Shown piece by piece: positions 26,096 to 39,164 of a DNA stretch of 64,000 nucleotides. The stretch comes from Anthoceros angustus (Eukaryota; Plantae; Anthocerotophyta): contig VJWM01000253.1 in the NCBI GenBank assembly GCA_010909165.1, positions 156,591 through 220,590 of the forward strand, written 5' to 3'. The first letter of the stretch is position 1, and every line of letters begins with the position of its first letter. The notes under the pieces were generated by a model. That model did not search any database, was not told where the DNA came from, and saw only the letters and a program-made list of their open reading frames with translations. The position numbers were made by a program, and so were the translations under genes.

Positions 26096-26341
26096 AATGC
26101 CGTTGTTTGTTATGCCGCAAAGATACGGAATATTGCCTTCTTGTTACGTAAACGATGGCTTTGTTACACAAGGCATGTGGTCTGCCGGACCTAAGAACTG
26201 TAATAAACCTTGTAACACGAAGACTGTGACAACCAATTCTTATAACGGTTATGAGGTGCGGGGTAAGGCCTGGTGGTACGCTCGGTAACCCGGGTTTGTC
26301 AGTGTTTCTAACCCAGGAGATGACAATGTCGGTCCGTAGTG
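26096..26341. mobile_element. Possible isolated right terminus of a second CACTA element
   Basis: Ends ...tgtcggtccgtagtg (reverse complement CACTACGGACC). Preceded by several gttac/gtaac motifs. No partner end found. Confidence 0.3.
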
Positions 26342-28700
26342 TTGGACGTGTCTCCTCATGTTCGCCGCATCGCTGCTTTGAAGCTGCGAGCTGGAGTTTT
26401 TATTTTGAATTCTAAAGGTTTCCGGTTTGGTTTTGATGCCTCTCCCGACATGTGTGAACTTGCCATGTGCATGTACAATGTCCGCCACACATTATATTCT
26501 CGCATGATTTATCAATTTATACCGCATTTTATAGGTGGCTCTAAACAGAATACATATAAATTCACAAAACTGCATGTACTATACGGATCGTGACGATCGA
26601 AGTTTGCGCGGGGTTCACCCGACACGGACCTTCCGAGTATGTGCATCCAAGCACTAATCATAATCACCGGGTATCTCACCAGACGCTTATGACGCCGCCT
26701 TTCGCTTTTCGCTGGTCCTCGAGGGTTTGTAGCGCCCGCCTTTTTCCCGCCGATGCTGAATGCCATCGCCTCATGCACATCGTGCTCGTTGTGCGCATGA
26801 GAAAGAATCCACATCAACCCCACAACGCACATGACATGCATGTGGACATATAAATTTGGTCATGGCCACCACCCTTTCGCTTTGTCTTTCCCCTTGGCAC
26901 TTATGCACTTTGAGTCACCGCTGCCAGCCCTCGCATTCGCCTCCAATGTGGCACTTTATGCCGCCCCTTGTTCTTGAAACTTTCTCAGACGCTTCAAAGA
27001 TTTTCGACATCGTCTGTCAAATTCTCGATTGGCCTCCTCCTAGTGACTCGATGTTGTGCCATCCGCCACCGTATGTTGTTTTCCATGTCCTTTCACCCTC
27101 TCCGCTTCCTCCTCCTCTGTTGCTTCCCCATCCTCGTTATCTTTGTCTCCCGCATTAACTTCACGGCCTGTTTCCTCTTCCTGTTCCGAATCACCTTCGT
27201 GATCCCCTTCTTCTCCATCCGCTGTTTTCCCCTTCGCACCATCCATCGACGGGCGCCGCCGCCCATATCGCTACCTTCCGAATCCGATCAATTATTGCAG
27301 ATTTTCGTGAATGCTTTGACCCATGTCTCTCGCTTGGCCCTCGATGCATACCTCGTGATTTCAAAACCGGCACCGACCGGCCCCGCACATCCCATAGTTC
27401 CATTTTTTGTTAGTGGGCGAGTGATCCAAAATCACACTCGCCAGTTGGCTCCTCCCATACTTCTCTTGGAACTTAAAACCCATCCTCGTCCGCTTGGCCC
27501 CATGGATTGGGCCCTTCTCCATTTGATTTCTCGATCGAGTCTTAGGCAAGTGATGCCTTGGATGGCAAAAATTTCCATCTTTGAGTTCAACCCGTGCCCA
27601 TGTGAGAATCTCGCCATACCCTTTCATCATGGAAAAATGCTGTCAATTTTTGCCTACCCTCTTCTCCTCAGGCGCGGGCTTTGTGCCTCGACATACCTGC
27701 TTGTTCCTTGTTCGAGTGTATTGGTGAACTCGATGAAATCATCCCTTTGCGAGAAGATCCGAGGCGGCCCTTACATGCACATTTTCTTCCTCGAGACAAC
27801 GGCAAGTCGCTCCACTTTCACGGAATTTCGTTTGCCTCTGCTGCGTATTACTTCCATGAACTTCTTATGCCTCGGGACTCAAGCCCAGAAGGTCAATGTA
27901 GATGGAGGCTTTGGCTTCCCGTGTGCTCCATATCTTCGCAACTACACTGAGTGCGGTTGCTCTTGAATCCACCTACTCCCGTGTTTTCCAAAGCTTCGGA
28001 CCGGTGTTGTCTATTCCACACCTACTTCGGCCCATCTTTGCGAAACATTGTGGGGAGGAAGCACCCGCCTCCTGCGACAAAGTTCCCTGCCCATACCTTG
28101 CGTGCAAGCGAGCAACACGATGGCCACCGAGATTCCCTTCCGCTTCATAAGCTTCTTGGGAATCCGGAACTTCATCAGTGGATGAAATCCTCCCCATATG
28201 CCTGCAGTTTGCGACTTACGGTGATGCCGGGATCCCTGCATTTCCATTTCTCCCCAAACTCCGGCCGTCGAAATCAAAGCGCTACCATGCACGCCTTGGC
28301 GGCGGATATGTCGATCGAAAACAAGTAGGAGGGCATGTGGGCGCATACGGTACATGGTCATACTAGGCAATTGCATCGGCCAAACCTTGCTCACTTTCGA
28401 AATTGACATAGCCTACAAAGGAGTGCACTATGCATCACACTATAGCTACAACCATCCACCACAACGATATGAACATGTTATGGGTCATCCTCGGACCGTT
28501 GTCACCACCATACATCACAAATAGGGGACCATCGAATTACGCTCGGCTAATCTCGCAGCCCAAGCAAGGTCGTGTAAGTTTGGGACGCAAGCTCACGCCT
28601 GGGATGCACGCCCACAACCTCGCCACACTTCCACGGATTGCCGGTGCAAGCGGTGTATTTCAATCCTTCAAGCCCTGGCCGCCATGAATACCAAACATGT

Positions 28701-29860
28701 CACTACAAGGAGGGGCCACTTTTACAAATGGGTCTAAGTTTAGTTAGAGGAAACTACAACACTCTTACTATTATTCAAAGCCTGTAAGTTTTTGAACATT
28801 TACAACAAGGGTTCCTAACTAATATGATGTGGCATGGATTTTACAACAGGGGTTTGTTGACATGGCATGTTGACACGAATTTTACAACGGGGATTTGTTG
28901 ACATGGCATGTTGACACGAATTTTACAACGGGGTTTGTTGACATGGCTTGCTCGTTGTACATGACGTTGTTAATTGTGCATAAACTCTTTTTGATTTAGA
29001 AAACTATGGGGGGGTTATTTGTTAATAAAACTACATTTTGTTGAATTTATAATGACGTGGCATAAAGGATGTTGTAAACGGTACTTGTAAAAGACGTTGT
29101 AAACCATGTTTGTTGTAGATGTGGTTGTAAATTGTGCAAGACTTGATTTTTGGAATAATACCATTTATTGGAATATCTATGAATAGATTTATTATTTGCT
29201 GATGTGGCAAGTTCGCAAATGATGTTGTAAATATGTTTCTCTGGATGTTAGTTATGGGATTATCTTTTTTTTTTGTATTTATCGACGTGTCACATGCATT
29301 GTAGCTATGGTTGTAAACGCATGAAAACCATTTTATATAAATATCTATAAATAAATTTATTATTTGCTGACATGGCAAGCTCATTGCAAATATCATTGTA
29401 AAATGGTTTCTCCAATTTATGTTATATTATTGGATTATTCATTTATTGTATATTTATCGACGCACATGCGTCAGAACTATGGTTGTAAAATGCACAAGCC
29501 AGCCAATATCCATGAATAAATATATTATTTGCTGATGTGGCATGTTGTAAAATGCCGTTGTAAAATTTTGGAAGAGACCTTTTCCTTATTTATGTAATTT
29601 ATGAGGTTATATATTAGTAAGATTGCGATGTGGCATGCCTTTTCCTTATTTATGTAATTTATGAGGTTATATATTAGTAAGATTGTGATGTGGCATGCTT
29701 GTCGAAATGCCGTTGTAAATATGTGGAAGAGACCTTTTCCGATTTATGTCATTTATGAGGCTATATATTAGTGAAATTGTCATGTATGTTCATTGCAAAT
29801 ACATTGTAAAATGTTATACAAATTTATCGATTTATAAATAGTGCCAGCATTGTAAATGTC
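28701..29860 (+). repeat. Left TIR and subterminal repeat region of the CACTA
   Basis: Three ~41-bp repeats (ttttacaac(a/g)ggg.tttgttgacatggc) at ~28838-28950, many gttgtaaa motifs, and a near-exact 60-bp tandem duplication at 29581-29700. Confidence 0.8.
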
Positions 29861-29889
29861 GGTAAGAATTTTCCTAGCCAAGTCACAAA

Positions 29890-30850
29890 ACGAGGCATGC
29901 ATCTTGGCACAGTCCACCTGTGGAAGCGCCCACAAGTACGTTATCCAAATGTCCTCTTTGCACAAGTCGTGAGTGCCACCGCCTTCAGAAGGCACCAATG
30001 CTTGCACATGCCTTCAAAAGGCAAGCAAAAGTAACCTCATCGCCCACAAGCAGGCCCTCCTGTTGCATTCGTCCATACAAAAATAGCGCCTCTTGACCAA
30101 GCCCTTTCGTCCATACCCAAAGAATCGTGGCATTCCAAGTCACCACATCCTTTGGGCTCAAGCATTGAAAAACTTGATGCGCATCTTCTACTCGCCACAC
30201 TTTGCCTACATGTCCACCGCAAGTGCCCACAAGTGTGTTATCTAGTGTCCTCTCTCCACAACTGTGGAGTGCACCGCGCCTTCCGTAAGGCACTTGCTTG
30301 CACAGCTCAAGGCAAGGCAAGCAAAGGTAACATGGTTGCCCACAATCGTGCCCTCCTTCTCCATTTGTCCATACAGAATAAGCGCCTCTTGGCCAAGCCC
30401 ATGATTTGCATACCCAACTATCGGGCCCATGTCACGACATCCTTTACGCTAACCTATCGAAACCGTGTTTGCCTCTTCCGCCACCACGCTATACATGTCC
30501 ACCAGACTTGGCAATAAACAAGTTCGGTGGAATGTCACGGCAACATATCATGCCGCACTTTTCTCGCTAGATTCCGTGTCCACAAAGAAATGCACAAGCT
30601 TGAAGGGTGCTACAAAGATGTGGGCATCCGCCACACCAGCGACACATCGATAGTAAAGTTGTATCGCCTCATTAGGCTCCCCATGTGTAGCATGTGCGAG
30701 ATTATTGAAAACCACATGAAGGGATTTGGTTTGCCCACCCTCCGTAGAGCCTACCTCCGGATACATACATCCGCAAGATATGGTTCCCCAAGTATGTGAT
30801 TGACTCACTCAAGTTTGACCGTGAGATCATGAACGCGCCATCCCACAACC
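29890..30850 (-). pseudogene. Captured fragment of a PLS-class pentatricopeptide repeat (PPR) gene, about 4 repeats
   Basis: HGEPNEAIQLYY..DAHIFVA; SLVDMY...FDRL.KDVVTW; GYANHGLGQEALILYGQMEKEG..NHVTFACL; VEDAHQVFQCLSPKDVVTWNA..GLGQEALFLYGRMQQEG..DEVTFACLLKACASIGA. Frameshifted, with no E/DYW domain. Confidence 0.92.
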
Positions 30851-31319
30851 ATGTCCTTCTTATCGCACAAAGTTTTAGCACGATATATAAGATGGATGAG
30901 GAATAGAATAGTCTATCACGCTAGATTTTCAGAGCTCCAACGGCCTCGAAGCTTTCCCTACTCACATAACGTTGATGGTTACAGTGTCACGACTCCCATA
31001 TCCAATCCGGCACACCTCCTGTGCTCAGCCGGAGAGCTCGACTTGGAAGGAGAAGCACAATGACCCACGCATATTCAAAGAAACAAGCTTCTCATCCAAC
31101 AAGTCGGCTTGAACATGTTGTTTAACCCGAGGACCTCACGGACTCCTTGCACCGAATGTCGGTGAGCGAGAGCTCCTCTTACCTCGCCTAGTTTCCCACG
31201 CACAAGAGGGGAGTCCTAGGAAGTGGTGATGGGAGGATTACTTGGTGTGTCACACCGAGAAGCGGTGGCCGCTCAAGTCCACACGAGTCCTAGTCCTATC
31301 TATTCAAATAGGTAGGATT

Positions 31320-31575
31320 CAAGTCCTTGGTCTTTGGGTTTGGGAAAACAGACTCAAGTCCTTGGTCTTGGGTTTGAATGATGTTCCTTGGTCCTTGGGA
31401 AAGTAGCAAGTAGATAGAAGCCTATTTCGAGTCCTTGGTCTTGGGTTCGGAAGGATGTTCCTTGGTCCTTGGGAAAATGGTATGTAGATAGAAACCTAGT
31501 CCTTGGTCGGGTTTCGGAAGGATGTTCCTTGGTCCTTGGGAAAAGTAGCATGTAGATAGAAACCTATTTCGAGAG
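31320..31575 (+). repeat. Minisatellite, ~3 copies of a ~65-75-bp unit
   Basis: Repeated gtccttggtc(tt)gggttt..gatgttccttggtccttgggaaa.gtag.a.gtagatagaa.ccta. Confidence 0.8.
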
Positions 31576-32651
31576 GAAGGCAACTTCCTTGAACCATGGG
31601 AATTCGCTTTTCTAGATATTGCATGTAGGGCTATATATGCATGTTAGGTAGACTGCAGGGGTAAAATTGGCCGACTCATCAAGGGCCTGGCCAGACATGT
31701 ATAATCTCGCTACTCCATGGCCGAGTAGTGAGTTCAACCTAGGCCGTGGAGTATACCGGTTGAAAATTTTATAGCAACTGCGAATCTAGAATCCTAGTGT
31801 ACTTCCTTTGGATTGCACCGCAATTCCAATGGAGATACACTAGGACAAGCTCGATTGTGCTACATATAAAGATTTGTAATACAATGATATGAGTTCTTGC
31901 ATATTAGCAAAGACAAAGTCAGCCTAATGAAATGGCCAATCCAGCGCCAGAGCGGCACCGCCTCACGAGCTAATTTCTAATAGACGCAATAGGTATAGAG
32001 TTTCGATAGGCCTTCACTTGTCGATAATCTACATAGTATGCCGTAATTGCGAAAAACCAATCAGAGGGATTTCAAAGCATGGTTAGTCGAATATCCGAAA
32101 TGTAGAGGCATGTTGAAATGTTGAAATGTCACCGCAGATCCGAAGAGGTTGAAGGACCTGTATGCGACGAAATGTCATTAGTGTAATGGCGCATTGAGGT
32201 GATTCCAGAAAAACACATAGGAGTATTTAGATCCTTAGTCGCTAAGGTTGAAGGATCCTCTGGTGACCTTCGAGTGAAGAGGAGCTCACACTTTGACTCC
32301 TCATCTCACTTCCGTAATCTTGATCTCACTTCCCGAGCTCAAACACAAGATCCCAAACGCAAGCAAGGTTAGTCAAAGCAACCGGAGTATGTGCCTACAC
32401 AAGAAAACCCCGCAGATATTAACGAAAGCTCTTTCAAAAGAGCCGCACGAGAAGCATGTTCGAGGTCCGGGGTTAGGAGAGTCCGGAACTTTCCTATCTA
32501 ACCCCAACTAGCCTACATGCCCTGCTACCTAATCCCACCGATTCTCACCCTGGAGGACTCTTCCTTTGGATTCTCGAGTCGGAGGGAGGGAGGCCTCAGA
32601 GACGGAGTCCTCACCGCACATGTAATCTTCGGAGGACATCCTCCTCAATCC

Positions 32652-32933
32652 TCAAGATGATCCGCAGTCAAGACACAAAGCAATTAGATAGCTTTTAGAG
32701 CGAGGGAGTAGGAGCAGATGAGCCCTCAAGGAGCCCCTTACCTCAAACTCCATGGCGCCAAAGAAACCATATGTGGGTCTTTCAACTGCCTCGGCGCTAT
32801 GAGAGTGGGTGTGGCGGTTAATGCGGAACCTCGAAATGCGCTCGTGTGCGATCGAGGATTGAACTCTCATTAGGTACCGCCTAGCCCGCTTTGCATCGGC
32901 AACATCAACAATCGGCATGATGATGAGTGCCAA
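32652..32933 (-). pseudogene. Possible Helitron Rep (HUH motif II) fragment
   Basis: YGFFGAMEFEVRGSLRAHLLLL resembles the Helitron motif FG.VE(F/A)Q.RG(S/T)LH.H.L, but the first His is Arg and no other Rep/helicase motif was seen. Confidence 0.35.
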
Positions 32934-33313
32934 GAAGACTTAAATTCTTTAGCAGACTTTAAGGAGGGGCGAATCGAGGTTTTAAGACTCGGGCTCAAGT
33001 GGATGGCCGAGGAAGCATTGCCCTTTAGCCCTTATTCTATTCATTCCCACCGGATCTTTTACACATTAAAGGGGCACGAGTCCCAAGCAATAGCCTTGAA
33101 AGCACCTAAGGGACAACATAGCTACGCTCCATACAATCCTCTATCCGCCATCAAAATATCTCCGAGGAGCACACGCTAAGCAGCCGTGCTCAAGCACTCT
33201 TTGTCATATCTTGCCATTTTCATGCCAATGGTTTCCCTCAAAAGGAAAGAAGCATTAAAGCTTTATTTGTAGGCTTGCATGGGTCACCATCAAAACCTCA
33301 TCACTCATATGCT

Positions 33314-33631
33314 TTCACCCGTACCGCCTTCGGTAATTGGGGAGTTGCGGCATGGGGACCTCTTCCACTCCTCCAATATTGTGTCCGATTGAGTTTGATC
33401 GGGATGACGAGCTATTTGCCACTGGAGTATCAAGGAGGATAAAAGTGTTTGAGTTTGCAACGGTGGTCAATGACATGGCTGATGTGCATTGTCCCATGGT
33501 AGAAATGTCTACCCGCTCCAAATTGAGTTGTCCGAGTTGGAACAAGTACATAAAGTCGCACATTGCGCGGCGTGATTATGAAGGGATTGTTACAAGATGG
33601 GATGTGAATACGTGCGAGCATCACGGAGTAT
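33314..33631 (+). pseudogene. COP1: Fragment of COP1 (start of the WD40 domain), frameshifted and 3'-truncated
   Basis: FTR..RVIGELRHGDLFHSSNIVS / IEFDRDDELFATGVSRRIKVFEFATVVNDMADVHCPMVEMSTRSKLSCPSWNKYIKSHIARRDYEGIVTRWDVNT / SITEY closely follows the plant COP1 sequence LRVIAEIRHGDIFHSANIVSSIEFDRDDELFATAGVSR... Confidence 0.95.
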
Positions 33632-34569
33632 GTGTACTGACAGCCCAGCCTAAACCTCACCCAAGTTTATTACTTGGTTCTCGAGGGCGTGGATTCGCCG
33701 CCGCCAGCGGCTCCACTCCACCGCTAGTTTGAGCAATCTAGTTTTCTCAACTAAGCCTCGAAGTGTTCGCCACTAAGAAGCCGAGAACTTTTGCACAGCA
33801 GTTGCAGCCGTGGAGCCGAGCATGCTTAACCCGAGGCCTACTGCCTTTTGCCCCATTTTGGCGTTTTGTTATTATGAATTTCTAATTACAAGAAAATGAC
33901 CGCAATGTTCTCAACACCACAATTACCGTGATGACCTCCTCTTTCCAACCATATGTTCAAAAGCACCACCCCCTCAACATGCACAAATTTCCATAGCCAT
34001 TTCGATCCACCTTGGGCACCAGTGAGGTGAGCATCTTTCTTTGCCTACCATGAACTAAGGTGAATCAGATACGTATGTACACAAGAATGTAGGGGATCTT
34101 TGTGCGCATGACATCGGATCCTAAGCGCCTGCGGGCCGACCTTTCTTGAGAAATGTAAGAGCCGAGCCGCAGAGAAGAGAGAGGTCTCTTAGTTTCCTTT
34201 TGTGCGTTCCATATGTGTACCACTTTTACCTACTAGAGATTTTAGAACGTAAAAGTGAACTGAACGTTGTAAATAGTAATAGTTTCTAATTTTACAACGG
34301 AGTGTGTTGTAAATGGTAATCGCTTCCGACTTAACAACGGAGCGCTTGCAAATAGTAGTTTCAAAGTCGTTTACAAACTCACCAGCACTGCAGTGCACGA
34401 GGTAGGTGACGCAGTGCACATGGCGGTGTGAGGCGGTGCAATGCATGCAAGATCTTGTCCAAGGCGGAACATGCTTGCACACAAATACCGATATAAAGGC
34501 GGGTTCATGTCTCAGTAAGTAGATGTTTACATACGACGTATGTGTTGAGAGCCTCGTATGTCGATTGCC

Positions 34570-34860
34570 CTGGGTGTGTGAGAACCGGCTTGCCATGGGG
34601 TGTGTGACGTGGGGAGCGCCTAGTGTACTTGAGGGCCATGCGGCTTGCCATCGGGGTATGTGAGGTGGGGAGCTTGTGTAGCTAGTGTAATTGACCATGC
34701 GGCCCGCCATCTGGGTGTGTGTGAGGTGGGGAGCTGTAGTGTGTAATTGAGGGGCCAGCACCCGGGTGTGTGAGAGCCGGGCTTGCCATCGGGATGTGTG
34801 ACGAGTGGGAGCTCGATGTAGTGTAATTGAGGCCATGCAGCCGCCATCGGGTGTGATGAG
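34570..34860 (+). repeat. Minisatellite, ~5 copies of a ~60-bp unit
   Basis: Repeated gcttgccatcggg.tgtgtga.gtggggagc...tagtgtaattga. Confidence 0.75.
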
Positions 34861-35836
34861 AGTGTGTATTATAATTGAGAGTCTATGTGTTTGAGAGAAG
34901 CGGAAGCCAACCATGCCTCTCGCACATTTTAGAAGCGGGAAGGCATGAGAAGTGCGGGAAGGCTTTGTAAAGCGGGAAGAAGAAGCACGAGGGAATTTGA
35001 CGTCCATCCGACACAAGGCCCGCTGCACCTTGTTTGCTTAAGATTGTCTGACTTGGCTTTGCAGGGCAGCTTCCAAGGATTGCTTGACTGAGAGAGATTG
35101 CCTGACTTTGCTTAGGGTGGCAGCACATGTTGAGTCGGGCCTCCCTCTCACGCCGAGATCTTGGTCGCGGGCACGGTACACGTTATGTACTACCTGCACA
35201 CAAGCTCTAACAATGGCACATGGTGTTTAGTTAGTGACTACACAAGCTCGTGTTTAGTTAGTGACTGCACAAATTCCACCTACAATACAATTAGGGCTTA
35301 CGAAATTGAATTCCTTGGATCAAGAAGGTTTGTGTGCATCCCCAATCTCTTATGCTTGGTGCTTTTTTAAGGCACGCACTTTCATGGGCAAAGGTTGCTA
35401 AGCGCCTTTCTACTAACCCCAACCACCTTGCAATGTAGATGGTGCGCACTACACGCAAGTGCGGTTGGGTTTGCATGTCATGCGTAACGCGATAAGGAAA
35501 CAAGACTTTGGCCACAAAGATTAGTGGTGGGGACGCAGTGGATGCCGTGGTGGAAGGATCTCTAACGGCTGGGTGGTTGGGTTTAGTAGAGCAAGCCAAG
35601 GAGCGCCCGCTTGTCGAGCCTAGCGCAGAAAAATGGGCCACCGTGAAGGCAAAGAAGCGGGAGGGCGTCTCAAAGGAGCGAAGCTGCCGCGCCGCCTCGA
35701 AATGTGAGTTGTGCATCAACGGCTTTGTCCAAGCGCCATGACGCACCCCGTTTGAATCGCCCCTTCAACTAGTTACCGCGAGCTCTAGGGTCGGTGATGA
35801 TAATGAGCTCTAAACGATGGCTTTTTCTTTTCTCAC

Positions 35837-38256
35837 TTGTGTGTGGTAGGAAAGCAGAAGCAGTCACCGCCCGATGCGGTGGAGAACAAGCAGCCTCCTC
35901 CCGATGCCGTGGAGGAGGAGCAGCCTCCTCCCGATGCCGTGGAGGAGGAGCAGCCTCCTGATGCCGTGGAGGAGGAGCGCCGCCTCGATGCCGTGGAGGA
36001 GTACCGGCCGCTATCCCATGGCGGCCGGCTGGAAGAGCTGTGCCGCTGCCGTGGAGAAGCGAACCGACTGCCTCAAGTCACCACCACCTCCTCTTAGGTC
36101 TTCGCGATGAGAGAACAAGGGCCACCAGCGTGGCTTATGTGCACACGCAGACCTTTTGAGAAAGATGATAGCACGAAGAAGGCAGCTCGCTTCCTCCCTT
36201 GTCCGTGACACCGCTGGCTCAAAACTTACCTGGACCTTCAATCCAAGAATGTCCGTACTCATGCCACCTCCACCACTCCTACTCCTAACCCTTCAATGTT
36301 GGTTCTCGTTTGAAGAAGTGCAGCGTGATGGAGCAGCAAGAAGTGGAAAATCCAGTGGAGGAGGGAGATGGCGTGACGGAGATCCGCCGCAATTGCCAAG
36401 GAGAAATCGAATTAAAGGGAGATCGCCCAAATGCACGCGTCATTCCCGTCGGACATTCATCTAGAATCGTGTTTCTTGGTTTTAGTTGAAACCGACTCCT
36501 TGCTTTTACTTTCATAAGCTTGTCCAGGTGTGTGTGGCCTTGACCGCGCCCAATGTTTCTCTTTTGGTCTCTCAAGCCTGAACAGGCAAGTGTGTGGCCT
36601 TGACTGCCGATGTTTCTCTTTTTGGTCTGTCAAGCCTAAAGCCGCAAGTGTGTGGATCAGATTTTTCTATTGGTCTGTCAAGCCTAAACATGCAGGTGTG
36701 TGGCCTTGACTGCTGACTGCCCGTGTTTCTTTTTTGGTCTCTCAAGCCTAAACAGGCATGTGTGTGGCCTTGACCCGTGTGCTTTTGGTCTCTCAAGTCT
36801 AAATCGGCAGTGTGGCCTTGAGCCCATGTTTCTCTTTTGGTCTAAACTGGCGTGTGTGGCCTTGACGCCCATGTTTCTCCTTTGGTCTCTCAAGCCTAAA
36901 CAGTGTGTGTTTCTCGCTTGGTCCGCTTTAAACATGCAGTGTGTGTGGTGGCTAACTGACAAGGATGATGACATGCTCAGCAGCATGTGCTCAGAAGCAT
37001 GTGGCCTATACATGCCACTTACAGCCACATGCTGCAGCATGTACAAGCATATTCGATGTTTTCCTTCTCATGTGTGTCGTTGGATTAAAGAAGATTCATA
37101 CGCTATGCTCCAATTTTGCTTGAGGTGGGTAATGCGGCACTTCATGGATCCATTGATTGGCAACTCGGGAGAGAAACTAGAGACACAAGCAATTGTGGAG
37201 GCAGCCATTCAAGAGATGTTGGTGGGATTTGGAGCATGGCTCATGTGTGTGACCAAATGTTCAACACCATGTTGCGCAATTGGAAGAACAATCTTGCAAG
37301 ATGCGCAAGACAATTTCTTGAGGGTAATCATCCACCTAAGTATAAGCCTCGTGATATCGACCGGATCGCATTGTGGAGAATGAAAAGCCAAGGCCGGATG
37401 GAGATGTCCGCACAAAACGCATAGCAATGTTGAGGAAGTTGAACTCGGATGCCCAGTATGCCCACTTTGGTAATGGTGGGTTTGTGAAGTTTACAAATCG
37501 GTTTTACCAACTCTTTGGTAGACGCCCCACGGAGCAAGAGAGAGGTCAGTCAAGAAGGCCGGAAATTGGATAATAAAACTTGAAACATATTGACGGCCGC
37601 CAATCTTCCTCATCCGGAGCGTTTGGCTCCAACCCCAGAATAGGTGCCAAACAATTGTGGACCTCAAGGATGCTGGTTACAAAGATGATGATTTGGATGG
37701 TAAGATTTTGATTTGATGTCTTTGCAAGTTTTGATTGTCCTATTTTAACTCGTTTTTGGATTTGCCATAGGAGCCGTATCGGCATTGGAGCGCAAGCGGA
37801 TGATGACGGCTGGTTTTGGACAATTTGGTGCCTAGATTGAAGCCCGGGTTAAGTGAGGATCTTTCTCCTCTGTAGTTCTTATAGAAGATCTTTCAAGTCT
37901 GCTTGTTGTAACACGCTTGGTAACATATTCGATTCTTGCAGAATGTGTGGCCTCCTCGGGTGGGAAGCCTTAACCTCCCAAGTGTGGTCAAGACCTGTGG
38001 AAGCCACGATGAAGTACTTGTTGAAGTTGAACCACTCCATCTCATGGAAGAGGTGGAAGAATTTGAAGAGGTTGAGGTATCCCTCTCTAAATGCAGGAAA
38101 AGTTTTTCAATCTCATGGCCTCTCATCGAATCGACGACAGAACTTGAAGCTCAACGCCTGGTGAAGCTAGGTCCGGACTACGCCAAAGAGCTCAAGTCAT
38201 CAAGGGTGAAGAGCATGAAGAGGAAGGAAATGAGGCTTCAATCAAGTCCAATTTGA
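35837..38256 (+). pseudogene. TnpA/Ptta-like (CACTA ORF2) relic, probably multi-exon
   Basis: 37116-37573 reads FNTMLRNWKNNL...PPKYKP...EMSAQN..MLRKL...YAHFGNGGFVKF..RF, resembling the RNWK...S..N....H..G..G pattern of the Ptta/En/Spm family. A low-complexity upstream segment has 27-bp coding repeats (DAVEEEQPPP x~5, 35870-36000). Confidence 0.55.
36520..36910 (+). repeat. Minisatellite, ~7 copies of a ~55-bp unit (probably intronic)
   Basis: Repeated gtgtgtggccttgac...tgtttct(c)ttttggtctctcaagcctaaa. Confidence 0.8.
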
Positions 38257-38470
38257 AGAGATCAAGGAGCGAGGAATTCTAGTTTGGTGCTTTCTTTTAG
38301 TTGCTCCTTAGAAACTCTTAGAAATTGATAATCGACATCGGCTTTTGTGGGAATGTCCCTTTGTGTGTGTCTGGGGAATGGCCCCAATGTTTGTGAGTGT
38401 GTGTCTGGGGAATGGCCCCATGTTTGTTTGTGGGAGTCTCGTGGGAATGGCTTCTATGTTTGTGTGTTTA

Positions 38471-38472
<2 letters not shown>

Positions 38473-38510
<38 letters not shown>

Positions 38511-38900
38511 TGTGTGTGAGTTTGCCTGCAAGAGTGTGTGTGTGAGCAGCAGGAGAGCCTATGAGCACTGTGAGCTTGTGAGCTGTGAGCCTTGAAAATT
38601 GAGCCTTGAGCTGTGAGAGGGAGAGTCGTGAGCCTTGAAACCGTGAGAGGAGGTGAGCAGTGAAACTGCGGAGAGCGAGAGCCTGTGAGCTGTGAAAGCC
38701 TATGAGCTTGTGAGAGCGAGAGCGATAGCTTGTGAGCTGTGAGCGGCGGCTTGTGAGGCTGTGAGAGCGAGAGCCAGGAGGTGTGAGCGAGAGCTTGTGC
38801 TTGTGAGCGCGAGAGCTGGAGGCGAGGCAGCCTAGTGAGCCTGACATGTGAGAGCCCGTGGGTTTGTAGTTTGTGTGCGAGTTTGTGTGAGTTGAATGTG
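38473..38900 (+). repeat. (TG)n microsatellite (38473-38508) followed by GTGAGC-rich low-complexity tract
   Basis: Uninterrupted TG run, then dozens of (t/c)gtgag(c/a) motifs. Confidence 0.9.
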
Positions 38901-39164
38901 TGGATTTGTGTGAGGATCTGTTCATTTTGGGGTTTAGAATCGCTTGCATTTGGTAGTAGCATTCCATTTCTCGTGTCCCACTAATGCAAACAACAAGATA
39001 CAAAATTTACAACAAAGGACTGTAAAACACTTGTTGTAAATATGCCCCATTTAAAGAAGCTGAAAATAGATATTTGTGTTATTAATAATATGTATTTTTG
39101 TTTTGAAAGTCTTTATATATATATAATACTTAAAAGGCGTTGTAATTTAAATGTGTAATTGCTA

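Noticed and set aside
33706-33741. Helitron 3' end (short hairpin, then CTAG|T)
   Set aside because: Only a 5-bp stem, and its orientation is opposite to the Rep-like motif; too weak to call.
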